DNA of 64,000 nucleotides, from positions 23,282,447-23,346,446 of the forward strand of contig NC_068991.1 in the NCBI RefSeq assembly GCF_001194135.2, given 5' to 3'. Of this stretch, positions 37,853-52,147 are shown piece after piece (positions within the stretch are counted from its first letter, which is position 1; every line of letters starts with the position of its first letter). The position numbers were made by a program, and so were the translations under genes. This DNA comes from Octopus bimaculoides (Eukaryota). The notes beneath the pieces were generated by a model. That model searched no databases. It worked only from the letters and a program-made list of their open reading frames with translations, and was not told the origin of the DNA.

Positions 37853-38589
37853 ATGCAGGTATGGCTGTGTGGTAAGAAGTTTGCTTCCAAACCACATGAT
37901 TCCAGATTCAGTCTCACTGTACTTTGGATATGGTAGGCAGGAACTAAAAGGAGGCTCATTGTATGATGTGTATGTGTGTGTGTGTGTGTGTGTAAAGTTA
38001 AGTGCTTTATGGATGTGAAACCCTGGACAACCCCATAGACTGGCCATAACTATCTTTATCTAATTACTTATATATATATATATATATATAAAACAGATAT
38101 TACTTAGACACTCACTCCTTTACTTTGCTACCCTCTGTCACTGTCCTCCATTCATTCTCTCTCTTATTCATTCTTTCTCTAACTCACTCATTCATACACA
38201 CACACACACACACACATCCATTCACTAACACTCTCCTACAAACACTTACCACGCTTCAGTACATAAAACCTCACACCCACCTTATCACTCTTTTATCTGT
38301 TATTGCTTTTCTTTTTACTTATCTTAGTCATTGGTTTGCAGTCATGCTGGAGCATTACTTTGAAGGATTTAGTCATACAATCAACACCAGCACTTATTTT
38401 TATGTCTGATACTTAATCTATCAGTTATTTTTGCCAAACTGCTAGATTACAGAGATGTAAACAAACCAACACCAGGTATCAGGCAGTTGTTGGGAATAAA
38501 CTTTATACCCCACATTCTCTTCTCATTACATTCACTGTTATGATTAAATATTTAATTTCTAAAGTTTCCAAAACTGGCTGTTGCAGCAA

Positions 38590-39400
38590 ACAACATAGTA
38601 TGACTACTATAATGAGTAGTACAATGTTGTTGTTATGGTGAACAGTACAATGTGGTTGCTGTAGTGAACGATATTGTGTAACTATTAAAGTGCACAATAC
38701 AATGTGACTGCTACAGTAAACAGTTCAATCTGCCTGTGAACAATACAGTATCACTGCTATAGTGAAAAATGCTATGTAGATGTTACAGTGAACAATACAG
38801 AGTGACTACTATTGTAAACAGTACAGTGGGACTGTTATAATGAACAATACAGTGTGGTTGTTAAAGCAAACAGTACAGAGTGGTGAGTTGTTGGCACTCC
38901 GTCGCTTACGATGTCGAGGGTTCCAGTTGATCTGATCAACGGAACAACCTGCTTAAGAAATTAATGTGCAAGTGGCTGAGCACTCCACAGACACGTATAC
39001 CCTTAACGTAGTTCTCGGGGATATTCAGCATGACACAGTGTGACAAGGCTGACCCTTTGAATTACAGGCACAACAGAAACAGGAAGTAAGAGTGAGAGAA
39101 AGTTGTGGTGAAAGAGTACAGCAGGGTTCGCCACCAAACCCTGCTGGAGCCTCGTGGAGCTTTAGGTGTTTTCGCTCAATAAACACTCACAACGCCCGGT
39201 CTGGGAATCGAAACCACGATCCTATAACCGCGAGTCCACTGCCCTAACCACTGGGCCATTGCGCCTCCACAGAGTGGTGAGTACATTGAATAGAACAATA
39301 TAATGTTGTTACAACAGTGAACAGGACCAGTACGGTGTGGCTGCTATGCTGGACAGAGCAGTAGTGTTGTCACTATAGCTAACAGCATAGTGAGTTTGCT
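38590..39400. repeat. Degenerate ~30-bp tandem repeat, split by a SINE
   Basis: Recurrent atagtgaacaatacagtgtgactg-like units on both sides of 38889-39270. Confidence 0.65.
38889..39270 (-). mobile_element. Full-length SINE family B with 12-bp TSD
   Basis: TSD agagtggtgagt at 38877-38888 and 39271-39282. Confidence 0.9.
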
Positions 39401-40065
39401 ACATGTGAACTTCATCCATGTCAGCTTATTTTGTGCTTAGTCAACGAATGGAAAAAAAAAGTATATAAAATTATATACACTTGTACCAAAATTTAAATTT
39501 TGAATTTAGTTTATATTATATTAAGGGGTTGAATGTACAGTTTCCTGTAAGTCAGTCCACCTCATGATCTCAGTTGACAAAATGGAAAAGGCATTGCCCC
39601 AGAAGATGGTGAGGGAGATATACTGGAAGAACCACTCCAACTCGCAGGGCTTGCTCTTGCAACCATCTCTGCCCTGATAACAGTGAGTAGGGATATGGTC
39701 TAGGATCCTTCTTTCTTTCTCTTCAATCACTGCATTGTACTGTCTATATTATTCAACGGTTCCTTTTAGACAATAAGATGTGATTTGAGGTAGATTTGGT
39801 TGCTATTTCTAACAGATTATATGACCATATATAGTCTCCCTCATCATCCACTGGAGGTCTCCACTGCCACATGTTTGACCATGTACTGGTCAGAGAGCAA
39901 CTGATACCTTGAAAGGTTGCTTTTCTCACCGTGACAAGCAGTGGAGCCAGGGTTGGTAGCTGAACACAGGAAGTTGCTGCTGGAGAAGGGGTCACAGCAT
40001 GTGGCATCCCATATTACAAACTGAAACAAGAAGTGTTATGTGTTTCACTCTAAAGCAGTGGTTCC

Positions 40066-40740
40066 CAAACTTTTTCAGGCTACCGCCCCTTTGACACCCA
40101 AGCCACATTACTTGCGCCCCCACCTCAACTAATCATCACAAAGATAGACCTCTTTCTGAAGAAAATTCAAAGCAACTGTATTTCACAAATAAAATTTAAC
40201 CTAGTGAACTCATTATTTTGTTGTTTTTATATGAATCGCTACTTCATTATCACCTTGGCGTTATCCACCGACCCTAAAGCACAACAAAACAAACGCTGAA
40301 CTTTGAAATGAACTCATGGCCAAGTAGTCAGTGGCTCTACACTTCAAGTTCACAGCTATTACACTTCAGCTTACAACTACTATTTAGGTAGCCTCTTCAT
40401 ACAAGTTCATAAAAATAACTATTAAATGACAAATGAAGAGGAGGAAAAGCTGTATAGTTTGGGTACCAATCAACAAACAATTAACACGGTTATTAATTCT
40501 CAATGGACATCATAATATTTTATATATCTTTGACATTTCATTAATTACTGTAACCTAAGTAGCTAGAAGTGGTGTTGTTAATAGCTTGAAGTGAAGAACG
40601 AGAAATAATGTTACAGGTGATTTATCAGGAGTCTATTACATTATTTTGCAAATAACACTTGAACTTTGAGTTTTTCAGACCATCATTATATAAATTGTTA
40701 TGATTGAAATTCCTATGAACTTCATCATAAAAATTCTCTG
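40066..40740 (-). mobile_element. hAT (Charlie-like) remnant
   Basis: Terminal CAGTGGTTCCCAAACTTTTT; very decayed minus-strand text resembling the hAT dimerisation region (YPN...FNSYFYE). Confidence 0.5.
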
Positions 40741-40895
40741 GAAATCACAATGATGGTAATTAACATACAGAGACACTGGACACTACACACATACACATTC
40801 ACACACACATTCCTCCTTCTCTCATTCCCTACTTTTTCTCCTTCCTCTCCTTTTCTCTCTTTCTCTCTCACTCCATCTCCCCACCTCTCTCTCTA

Positions 40896-40927
<32 letters not shown>

Positions 40928-41037
40928 CATACATATATACATACATATATATATATANNNNNNNNNNNNNNNNNNNNNNNNNNNNNNNNNNNNNNNNNNN
41001 NNNNNNNNNNNNNNNNNNNNNNNNNNNNNNNNNNTAT

Positions 41038-41074
<37 letters not shown>

Positions 41075-41497
41075 CACACATATATATATAAACATTATTA
41101 TTTCTAAATCTCTCAAAGAGAGATATTCAGTATCAGTTCTTTAAAGATTATTTGCCAACATAATGTGGCTGTTCTCCCTGTTCAAAAATATAAGGACACA
41201 GATATTGTGTCGTATAGCCAGCTGGAAGCAATAAATAACTGGGGCTAAACAACAGTAACAATCATCCCTTCCAGGACAACCACATTGTGTTGGCAAATAG
41301 ACTTTACTTTAAAGAACTGTTACTGAATATCTTTCTTTGAGAGATTTAGGAATAATAATGTTTCTATTTATTAGATCAGTGATGGAGGAAAGAGGCAGGA
41401 ATTTGCATGATGAGAAGTAATTTGATTCTGTGGGACAGTATTATACATACATACATACATACATACGTGTACATACATAAGTACATACACATAAACA

Positions 41498-41567
<70 letters not shown>

Positions 41568-42476
41568 NNNNNNNNNNNNNNNNNNNNNNNNNNNNNNNNN
41601 NNNNNNNNNNNNNNNNNNNNNNNNNNNNNNNNNNNNNNNNNNNNNNNNNNNNNNNNNNNNNNNNNNNNNNNNNNNNNNNNNNNNNNNNNNNNNNNNNNNN
41701 NNNNNNNNNNNNNNNNNNNNNNNNNNNNNNNNNNNNNNNNNNNNNNNNNNNNNNNNNNNNNNNNNNNNNNNNNNNNNNNNNNNNNNNNNNNNNNNNNNNN
41801 NNNNNNNNNNNNNNNNNNNNNNNNNNNNNNNNNNNNNNNNNNNNNNNNNNNNNNNNNNNNNNNNNNNNNNNNNNNNNNNNNNNNNNNNNNNNNNNNNNNN
41901 NNNNNNNNNNNNNNNNNNNNNNNNNNNNNNNNNNNNNNNNNNNNNNNNNNNNNNNNNNNNNNNNNNNNNNNNNNNNNNNNNNCATGTTTGGATGGATATA
42001 TATATACATCATCGTCAGTCAATTCAAAGAACAAAATTTTAAAAAAAAAAACAGAATAAGAGAATAAAATATGAATGTGATGACGTGCACAAGCAATATA
42101 TTAATTTTACACTCAGTGAAAGGAGAAAGTTGTTAACACTTCTTTGTCAGAAAGAGGAAAGTCCAAAGAGAAAGAAGGAAAAATAAGGAAAAATCACCAA
42201 CAATCCACATGTGGTTACATACACATATGTATGTATGTATACATATATATATATATACACACACACATGCATACATATATGCATACATATATACACACAC
42301 ATACACACACATTCACATGTATATATCATGTGAATGTATTTAAGCATGTATGTACATATATTGTTTTACCTCTATCTTGTTTCAGTCATTAGAATGCGGC
42401 CATGAAGGAGCACTGCCTTGCTTAATATTATAGCAAAAACTTTACTTCATCTTGCCTGTGGCATTCCTTCACATGC

Positions 42477-42537
<61 letters not shown>

Positions 42538-42594
42538 TGCGTGCTTGTTTGTGTNNNNNNNNNNNNTGCGTGTGTGTGCATATGTGTGTGTGCA

Positions 42595-42627
<33 letters not shown>

Positions 42628-43635
42628 ATTTGTGTGTACATGTGTATGCATGTGTGTGTGAATTGCTGGTCCTCCAAGACTGGTGTTAATTGCTGTTGTT
42701 TGAGGGTCATCTTGAACCTCTGTGGCTCAATGTTAATGGAGTTGAGTGCTAAGGAATGTCTGGTGTCAAGTTATTGAAGTTAGCAAATGAATTCCAACGT
42801 GTTACAATCTCTAGAAAACCAAGGACTGGGCAAAATGTTTCTTGCTAAGATACCTTGTCTGTCAATTTACTAACTTACCATTCATGCAGGAGGTGTATCT
42901 ATATTTGTGTGAGTTATTGTAAATAACAAGACACAGGAGCTGGGCAGGTAAGTTCACAAATAAATTAGGTGTTGATGATGTTATAATACAAAATTTCATT
43001 TACTTTGCCTGTGGCAACCTTTCACAAAACAAAGACATTTGCTGGGACCATAATTTAATATGTCTGTTAACATTTATCAGAGTGTCTGCATGTCATGTCT
43101 ACACAATGAAACTTCCCTCTTGTTTTTTCTTCTTCTTTCCTTTTTTTAAGAGGTCACAAAATATGTGACTCCAAGATATGTAACTTTTTTTTTTTTTGAC
43201 ACAAACATGTCTTCTTTTAGATCTACTTCCTACATTTAAATTTACTCACCACCATCAGATTTGTAGATAATCTTTTTTTTTTTTACATCTAACTATCAAG
43301 ACATCTGCCACGTTGTTGTACTCAAGAAGACCTTCCTGCCACAGCAGAATTGATACCTGTGCTGGAGCCACATAAAATGTACTCATGCTGGTTCCACAGT
43401 AAAAGCAATTGCGCTGGTGCTGGTGCCACATAAAAAGCACACGGTACACTCTGTGGAGTAGCTGGCATTAGGAAGACATCCAGCCATAGAAACCATGCTA
43501 GAATAGACAATGGAGCCTGGTGTGGCCTCTGGCTTTACCAATTCCAGACAAACCACCCAAGCCACAGAAAATGGATGTTAAATGATTATGATGATGATGA
43601 TTATGATGATGATGATGATTATGATGATGATGATT

Positions 43636-43666
<31 letters not shown>

Positions 43667-43840
43667 CAACGACAATGACGACGATGATGATGATGATGAC
43701 AATGATGATGACGATGATGATGATACTTCTAATTTGTTAATTTGTTGAGGATTACTCTATTCTAATGCATGAAGTTTGCAATGGTAGAAGACACATATCC
43801 AAGGTGCTGTGTTGTAAGATTGAATCTGGGACTCATAGAT

Positions 43841-43964
43841 CAGGCATTGACAACCTTTTTACAAGCAACAGGCCAGTAGGCCACACAACTAAATAACTGA
43901 AGTTATTTTTTTATCAGGTGTGCCATCCCAATAAGCCCTACAGGCCACAGTTTGCCCATGACTG
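43841..43964. mobile_element. 124-bp hAT-type MITE
   Basis: TIR caggcattgacaa / tttgcccatgactg; 8-bp TSD tcatagat / tctgagat (6/8). Confidence 0.6.
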
Positions 43965-45894
43965 TCTGAGATCAAAACCTTCTTTTGATGTTCAGGTATT
44001 TTATGTAATTGATTCCTCCCATCAGTTTTTATTCTTGTTCAACCCAGTACTGTTAAAAATCTGTTGAGATTTTTTAACCAGTTTTTCTAAACTAAACCAT
44101 ATTCAGCCTACATACATAGACATTATTATAAATATCATTGTTATGAACATTCTGTGTTTGAATCAGGCTGCAATTAATTTCGCCTTAAATCCTCTCAAGA
44201 TAGATATGGTACCAGTCAAGTCCTGGGACCGACATTCCAATTATAATTCCATTCACATCTAGCATGTGGATGGAATTTTAATAAAAAACAAGAACACTAT
44301 GGTCTTAATGACAAGATTCTCTAAGGACAGCAAGGTGGCAGAATTGTTAAACATTATAAAATGCTTAGTAGCATTTCATGCCTTATGCCTTTTATCCTTT
44401 TAGGGTTGGTAAAATAAGTACCAGTTGAGCACTGGGGTTGATGTAATCAACTTACCCCTGTCCTAAAATTGCTGGCCTTGTACCAAAATTTGAAACCAAT
44501 GACAAGATCTTCCATGTGTCCATTGATGTTTAACTCCAGGCCAGTCTTGATAGAGGAGACCTTTGGTCAAAGGTATTACAGCCATAACTATTTTGTCTTT
44601 TGGTTTATCAGAAAGTGCTTTGTCCAATATATCCATCTTTATTTAATATAGTAGAATGTGATTGGAGGAAAATTTGGTAGTTATTTCTAATACAGTGAGT
44701 GACCACATAAAGGCTTCCTCACTGATATGTAAATTTTCAGTGCTGGCATACAACAGCCATTTTAGAAAATACAAGACCCAGTTGGAAAGCATTCTGTGGA
44801 TATCTCAAGGCAGTAGGTGTTGTAGTAGTCCCAAGATGAAACCTGAATGAGCAGACCAATAACCAGAATCATTCCATGACCAGTCATTTTTTTTCCTTCT
44901 TTCTTTCTCTTCAATCACTGCATTGTACTGTCTATATTATTCAATGGTTCCTTTTAGATAATAAGGTGTGATTTGAGGTAGATTTGGTTGCTATTTCTAA
45001 CAGATTATGTGACAATATATAGTCTCCCTCATCATCCAAAGTTATCAAAATATGAAAAGCTAAAAATTTGAAAGTAAACTGAAGGTACTGGAAGGACTTT
45101 CATCAAATTGCCATGATACAAAATCACATAAAAGTAGAAAACAAATTGAAACTACAGAGAAGAATTTAGTAAAATTGCAGTGAGACAGTAATATAAGAGT
45201 AGAAAGCATACTGTGAATAACAATAAAATGGTGTAATAATATTCAAGTATATATATATTTTTTTTTTTATGCACAATCACAAAAATGACTAATTTACAGA
45301 TCATATAAATTTGGAATAGTGAATTGGATATAGTCGATAATATATACTATTTGACATATGTACAACAACAGTAAAATTTGATAAGCTCTATTTTTCAGTG
45401 TATCAGGGTTTTTTCCTTATTTTGTGTGTGTGTGTATACACAATTTATAATAATGGATATTTTTCTGCCTCTAAATACTTTACACTATAGGCTTGATGCA
45501 TTTTCGTCATGAGTCATGGGTTACCTGCATAATTTTCAGAGCCAATATTAGTTCTGATTAGCTATAATGGATAATATAAGTCACATGCTAGCACTATGTA
45601 TGACTGTCTGCTTCTGTTTTTAATTACTTGAAGTCTTTCTGTAAGGAAAGAATTGGTTTCTAACAAATATACAAAGCCCCATCATTGAAATGTAGGTAAT
45701 AAAAACAATATCACATATTGAACTCGAGAAATAAGAAATGTCTTGCCCAGATTGTATTTTGCGCATGTTAGGTGGTTGATCTCTTTTTCTGAAAATCCTA
45801 CATTTCCAGATTGTCTCTTAGGCATTTACTATATCTGTGTGTGTGTATGTATGTATGTATGTATGTATGTATGTATGTATCAAAGAATCAAAGA

Positions 45895-46678
45895 ATATAT
45901 CCATCTTTATTTTCTTTGACCTCAGACATCTGAAGGCAAAAACCAAAGTCTTGGACGCCCTAGTGAGAGACTTCCTTTTTGCAGACAACTGTGTGCTTGC
46001 AGCGTTGAATGAACCAGACCTGCAAGAACTTGCCACTTGTCTCACAAAAGCAGCAAAAACCTTCGGACTGACCATTAGTCTGCAAAAACTGAAGTGATGC
46101 TTCAACCTGCACCTAGCCTGACACCTCCTGAGCCTCAGATTGAGATTGAGGGCACAACTCTGAACAACGTGGAGAGCTTTACATACCTGGGAAGCTGCCT
46201 GTCCTCAAACTGCAGCATGGACAAAGATGTCTTCATGAGGCTTGCAAAAGCAGGAGCTTCGTTTGGCAGACTTTGGACATGTGTGTGGGCCGAACAAGGC
46301 ATCAGACTTTCCACCAAGCTGGCAGTCTATAGGGCAGTCGTCATCATCTCTCTACTATAGGGTTGTGGTACGTGGACGCTGTATAGGAATCATATGCGAG
46401 TGCTTGACCAATTCCACCTCTGCTGCTTGCGACGAATCATGGGAATTTCCTGAGAGGACAAAGTCTCCAACACTGAGGTGCTTCGCAGAGCCGAAATGCC
46501 CAGGATCGAAGCCCTTGTCATGAAGGCCCAGCTCCAGTGGGTTGGACATGTAGTCAGAATGGACGACGCGCGTCTACCAAAGATGATGATCTTCTCTCAG
46601 CTGGCTTCTGGAGCAAGAAACACCTGGAAGGCCACTGGAGCGATATAAGCACAGCCTGAAAACTTCCCTTGAGGCCTG
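45895..46678 (+). mobile_element. RTE-BovB-like LINE RT C-terminal fragment
   Basis: LVRDFLFADNC.LAA...DLQEL...AAKTFGLTISL.KTEVM.QP, VESFTYLGS, RLAKA..SFGRL...VW...IRLSTKLAVYRAVV, FHL.CLRRI, QLQWVGHVVRM.D.RLPK. Confidence 0.9.
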
Positions 46679-46995
46679 NNNNNNNNNNNNNNNNNNNNNN
46701 NNNNNNNNNNNNNNNNNNNNNNNNNNNNNNNNNNNNNNNNNNNNNNNNNNNNNNNNNNNNNNNNNNNNNNNNNNNNNNNNNNNNNNNNNNNNNNNNNNNN
46801 NNNNNNNNNNNNNNNNNNNNNNNNNNNNNNNNNNNNNNNNNNNNNNNNNNNNNNNNNNNNNNNNNNNNNNNNNNNNNNNNNNNNNNNNNNNNNNNNNNNN
46901 NNNNNNNNNNNNNNNNNNNNNNNNNNNNNNNNNNNNNNNNNNNNNNNNNNNNNNNNNNNNNNNNNNNNNNNNNNNNNNNNNNNNNNNNNNNNNNN

Positions 46996-47589
46996 TTTTT
47001 TTCAAGATTTCTTGCCAATAGAGAAAGAGCCACTTTCTAATCTCGATCCAAGGCTCCTTCTTTGGAATTTCAACATCAACAACAGAGTATTTTGTATGTA
47101 TGTATACATGCAGATTTGTCTGTTTTGTTTTATGTATGTCTTATCATGCATATACTTTCGTATCTAGACATGTTCATATATACTTAAATGATAAACTTCT
47201 GAAAAGTTTTACAGATTATTACAGTTCCAGTGATGGCTTGGATCTGTAGTCTTCAAATCAGCTTTCTCCTTTCTGGTTTTGAGAAGCCTTATTTCACAAG
47301 ATTTGTATTTAGGCAGTGTGTTACATACCCAAGTGGTCCAATAATTACAGGTATAAACCTGAACTTGTAATCTGGGTAGAGTAACTGCAGATTTCTCTAC
47401 TTCAATGTAGGTATTCTCTTTTTCACTTATCCTCAGCTCTATGTTAACATCCACTGGGCAGCTGATTTTCACAACTGTCCATAGTTTCTCTTCTCTATCC
47501 AAAATTATTATGTCAGGTCTATTGCATTAACATTTTATCAAAGTTTTCACTGGGACATTCCACAAGTACTCTTTTTGGGTGGATAAGGT
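46996..47589 (-). mobile_element. RLE non-LTR element, 3' half (endonuclease + 3' UTR)
   Basis: KEYLWNVPVKTLIKC.CNRPDIIILDREEKLWTVVKISCPVDVN..EKENTY...FIPVIIGPLG; A-rich end at the gap. Confidence 0.8.
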
Positions 47590-50500
47590 CATAGGGGTTA
47601 TCAGGGTATATGTTAGAGTGCTTAAACTCAGGCTTGTTCTGCAGAACAGTATAGCAACAATTATCTCTGCCTATGCCCCACAAGCAGGCCTACCAAACGA
47701 TTAGAAAGACCATTTATATGATACCCTTCTACAGGCTACCTCAAAGATGAGTGGCAATGGCCTCATCTTTGCAGCTGGAGATTTTAATGGGCATGTTGGA
47801 TGGCAATCCAGTATCTTCACTGGTGTACACAGGGGTCATGGTATTGGTTCCCGAAAAGAAGAGGGAACCAGGCTACTGGAGTTCTGTGATGCATGTAACC
47901 TTTTAATCTGCAACACTAACTTCAGGAAGCCAGACAGCCACCTGATAACCTATCAATTAGGTACCTCTACTAGCCAGATCGATTTCATCCTCACCAGACA
48001 GTGGGACACAGGGTTGCTCTTAAATACAAAGACCCTCCTGGGTGAAGAATGTACCCCTCAGCATAGACTAGTCATTAGTGACTTTAGACTCAAGGCCAGA
48101 AGGATGCCAAGATGCAAACCAATCCAGAAAAGAAGGATTTGGAAGCTAAAGAACCCTTCACATGGTCAGAGATTTAGGAACATCCTCATAAAGAAATTCT
48201 GATGAGAGGGAGGAGGAGCTACAGACCTCAGACATAAAGGGTTGCTGGAAATTCCTACGGGACAGCTTACTGAGTGCCACAGACCAAGTCTGCAGATGGT
48301 ATAAAGTCCCTTCCAGACCTAGAGTATCATGGTGGCGGAACAATACGGTAGACAAAGCCATTAGAGCAAAGAAACAGGCCTGGAAAGCCTGGAAGTGTGG
48401 GGGTAGCAGCGAACTGTACCAGATAGCCAGGAGGAAGGCTGGGTGACATGTATACATAGCCAAGGGCAAAGCAGAAAAGAAGAAGTTTGCCAATGTTCAG
48501 CGACGTGAGGACCAAAGAACTGAAGTATTTCAGATTGCAAGACAATGTGTGAGAGAAAATTGTGAGGTCACAAAAGACCAATGCGTCCGCATGGATGATG
48601 ATGCACTTGCTTTTAATGATTCTGCAAAGAAAGTGACTTGGAGAAGTCATTATGAAAGACTGCTGAATGTGGAAAATTAATGGTGGGGAGAAGAGCCTGC
48701 CAAATGTTTACCCAACAGAGGGACCAGCTATCCAAATAGACAGCATCCAGGTAGATAAAGCAATTAAAGGTATGAAACCAGGAAAAGCCCCAGCCCATCA
48801 AAAATCACTGCTGAGATGCTTAAAACATCTAGTGGTGTGGGATATGGACTAGTCACCCATATTGTAAACCAGGTAGTTCATGATGGAGTCATACCCAATG
48901 ACTGGCGTAGCAGTACCATTGTCAACTACTACAAGGGTAAAGGTAATGCTTTAGATAGAAATAACTACAGGGGTATCAGACTGCTGGATCAGGTAATGAA
49001 GATCACAGAGAGGGTCATAGCCCAACTAATTAGGGAGAGAGTCTGCTTAGATGAGATGCAGTTAGGTTTGGGGCCAGGTAGAAGCACCACTGATTCTATA
49101 TTCCTGGTACGGCAACTGCAGGAGAAATACCTAGCCAAAGATAAACCCCTATACTTAGCTTTTGTGGACTTGGAGAAAGTCTTTATCAGGGTCCCTCGAT
49201 CCCTTATCTGGTGGACGATGCAGAAGCTGGGGATTGATGAATGGCTAATAAGGGCTGTACAGGCCCTATACAGAGATGTCGTTAGTAAGGTTAGGGTTAG
49301 CAATGAATATAGCGCAGAATTCCAGGTAGAAGTAGGGGTCCACCAAGGATCAGCCCTCAGCGCCCTCTTATTCATCATAATCCTCCAGACAATAACAGAG
49401 GAATTCAAAACAGGGAGCTCCTCTATGCTGATAACCTAGCCCTCATACCAGAATCACTATCAGAACTAGAGAAGAAATTCCAGGTGTGGAAGCAAGGTTT
49501 AGAGTCGAAGGGCCTTAGAGTCACTGTTACAAAGACCAAAGTCCTAGTAAGTAGGAAGGCGAACACATCACACACCCCTTCAGGTAGGTGGCTCTGCTCG
49601 ATCTGTAGAAAAAGTGAAGGTAGAAACTCCATAAGATGGATGCATAAGAGGTGCAGCAACATCAAAGGAAGATTAATCAGGAAGATAGCTTTTGTGTGTG
49701 GCAGATGCCCAGGGGCAATAAACAACACAGATGCTCAGAAAATAGATTCCATCACATGCCAGGAAGAGAAACTAGAAGTAGTTGATAGTTTCCGCTATCT
49801 AGGGAACCAAGTCAGTAGTGGGGGTGGATGCTCAGAGAACATTACCACTAGAATAAGAATTGGCTGGGCAATGTTCAAACAGCTTCTACCACTACTGGTG
49901 ACAAACTGCCTCTCGCTCAGAGTGAAAGGTAGATTATACGATGCATGTGTGCGACCTGCCATGCTTCATGGCAGTGAAACATGGGCCGTGACAGCTGAAG
50001 ATATGCACAGGCTCAAAAGAAATGAAGCTAGCATGATCCGCTGGATGTTTTATGTCAGTGTGCACACACAACAGAGTGTAAGTGTCCTGAGAGAAATATT
50101 GGAAATAAAAAGCATTGGACATGGCATGCAAGAGAGATGTTTGCTTTGGTATGGTCATGTACTATGGATGGATGAGGAGAGCTGTGTGAAGAAGTGCCAC
50201 TCCCAAACAGTGGAAGGAATCCGGGGTAGAGGGAGACCCAGGAAAACATGGGATGAGGTGGTGAAGCATTACCTTCAAACATTGGGCCTCACAAAGGAAA
50301 TGACGAAAGACAGAGACCTCTGGAGATATGCTGGACTGAGAAGACCTGGCAAATAATGTGAGATCACAGCTGTAACCTACACCAGTATTGCATAACCAAC
50401 CAATTAGAAAAAGTACCCTTGGATCGTAGGGTGACATGCCATGCTGGAGGAGACCTAAAGTACATCAACATCAAAATGAAATCAAATCACAATCAAAAGG

Positions 50501-50909
50501 AAATTGTAGTTGGGGTGCCCGTGCTGGTGGCACGTAAAAAGCACCATTCGAACGTGGTCAATGCCAGTCCCCTCGCCCCGACTGGCTTTTGTGCCAATGG
50601 CAAGTAAAAAGCATCATCCAAACATGGCCGATGCCAGCACCGCCTCGACTGGCTCCCATGCCAGTGGCACGTAGAAAGCACCATCCGATCGTGGTCAATG
50701 CCAGCGTGCTCTGGCCTCTGTACCGGTGGCACGTAAAAAGCACCCACTACACTCTCAGAGTGGTTGGTGTTAGCAAGAACACCCAGCTGTAGAAACATTG
50801 CCAGATCAGACTGGTGCCTGGTGTAGCCTCCTGGCTTTCCAGACCCCAGTCAAACTGTCCAACCCATGCCAGCATGAAAAACGGACGTTAAACGATGATG
50901 ATGATGATA
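47590..50909 (+). mobile_element. Near full-length RTE LINE (APE + RT + C-terminus + 3' UTR + (GAT)n), inactivated
   Basis: ISAYAPQAG, AGDFNGHVG, SQIDFIL, NYRGIRLL, LAFVDLEK.F, GVHQGS.LS.LLF, YADNL, FRYLG, GRGRPRKTW. Many stops and frameshifts; degenerate 11-bp TSD. Confidence 0.92.
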
Positions 50910-51135
50910 GTAGCTATGGTTTCTGCCATACTGTGGGTTCTTATTTCTTTCTCCTCGAGGTTATCCTTCTGACGAATTTCATTATAGAGTGTCCTAGCTA
51001 CAACATCATGTTTCATTGGCAGATAATATCGTGATGACATTTTCAGACAATTGTTTATGATGTGGGTGAAATCTTCAGTGTTAACTCCACAATGTCTGCA
51101 TTGGTTGTCACATTTTACTGCTTTTGCTGCATCTC
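50910..51135 (-). mobile_element. RLE non-LTR element, CCHC knuckle part (continues at 47589)
   Basis: CRHCGVNTEDFTHIINNC..MSSRYY..KHDVVARTLYNEI...ETIAT. Confidence 0.8.
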
Positions 51136-51425
51136 TGTATGTATGTATGTACATACGTACATATGTACATATGTATGTATGTATGTATGTATGTATGAAC
51201 TTATGTACATTTGTATGCATGTTGTTATCACTGGAAATCTATGCATATGTGTGTTTATGTGTGTGTATGCGTCTGTATATATGTATGTATATTTGTATGC
51301 TTTCTTATGTGTGTTATTTATGTATGCATCCTTATGTAAGTTATTTATGGATATACATATTTATGTATGTATGCATATATGTATGTATATGTATATATCT
51401 ATATCTACATCTATCTATCTTTCTG

Positions 51426-51537
<112 letters not shown>

Positions 51538-52147
51538 CATATATATATATGTCCACAGACTAATGACTGAAACAAGTAAAAGAGTATGTGTGTGTCTTCA
51601 TGTAAGTATGTATGTATATTACATATACATGCATGTATAGACGTTTTCATATATGTGTACATGGGTATTCATATGTAAAGTTCTCTTTTAAAACTATTAG
51701 TTTATTATCTGAAGTAATCTAAAATATATTTAACAAAACTTGTTTCAATTGTAACAATTCATCAAAAGAAATTTACTCATTTTTATTCTTTTGTTTTACT
51801 CTGTTTTTCTTCAAAAATGAATAAATTTCAGTCAAAATTATTGTGATTTCTATGCAATAAATAATTTTAAGATTGCACGAAGTAAATTTGTGATTATTGA
51901 GTCTAAGTAACAAGACCAAGCAATTGAATTTTATGACAGCCAGCATACTCATATTGTCAACAATGCTGACATTTTTTTTTTTACTGCTAGAAAATGGTGC
52001 ATCATAATAATAGGTGAAAACATTGATAAATGTCAACAACTGAGGAAATATATGTACATACTCGGAATTAAACACTTGAACAATCAGATACAGATGTAAT
52101 GTCTTGATTGAAAATATTATCACCCATGTAATACATATGATATACTA

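Noticed and set aside
39570-39690. Plus-strand exon GKGIAPEDGEGDILEEPLQLAGLALATISALIT|gtgagt
   Set aside because: In-frame TGA lies just upstream and no credible acceptor falls between it and the reading frame.
42888-42946. Plus-strand segment ending gcag|gtaagt
   Set aside because: All three frames from the best acceptor contain stops.
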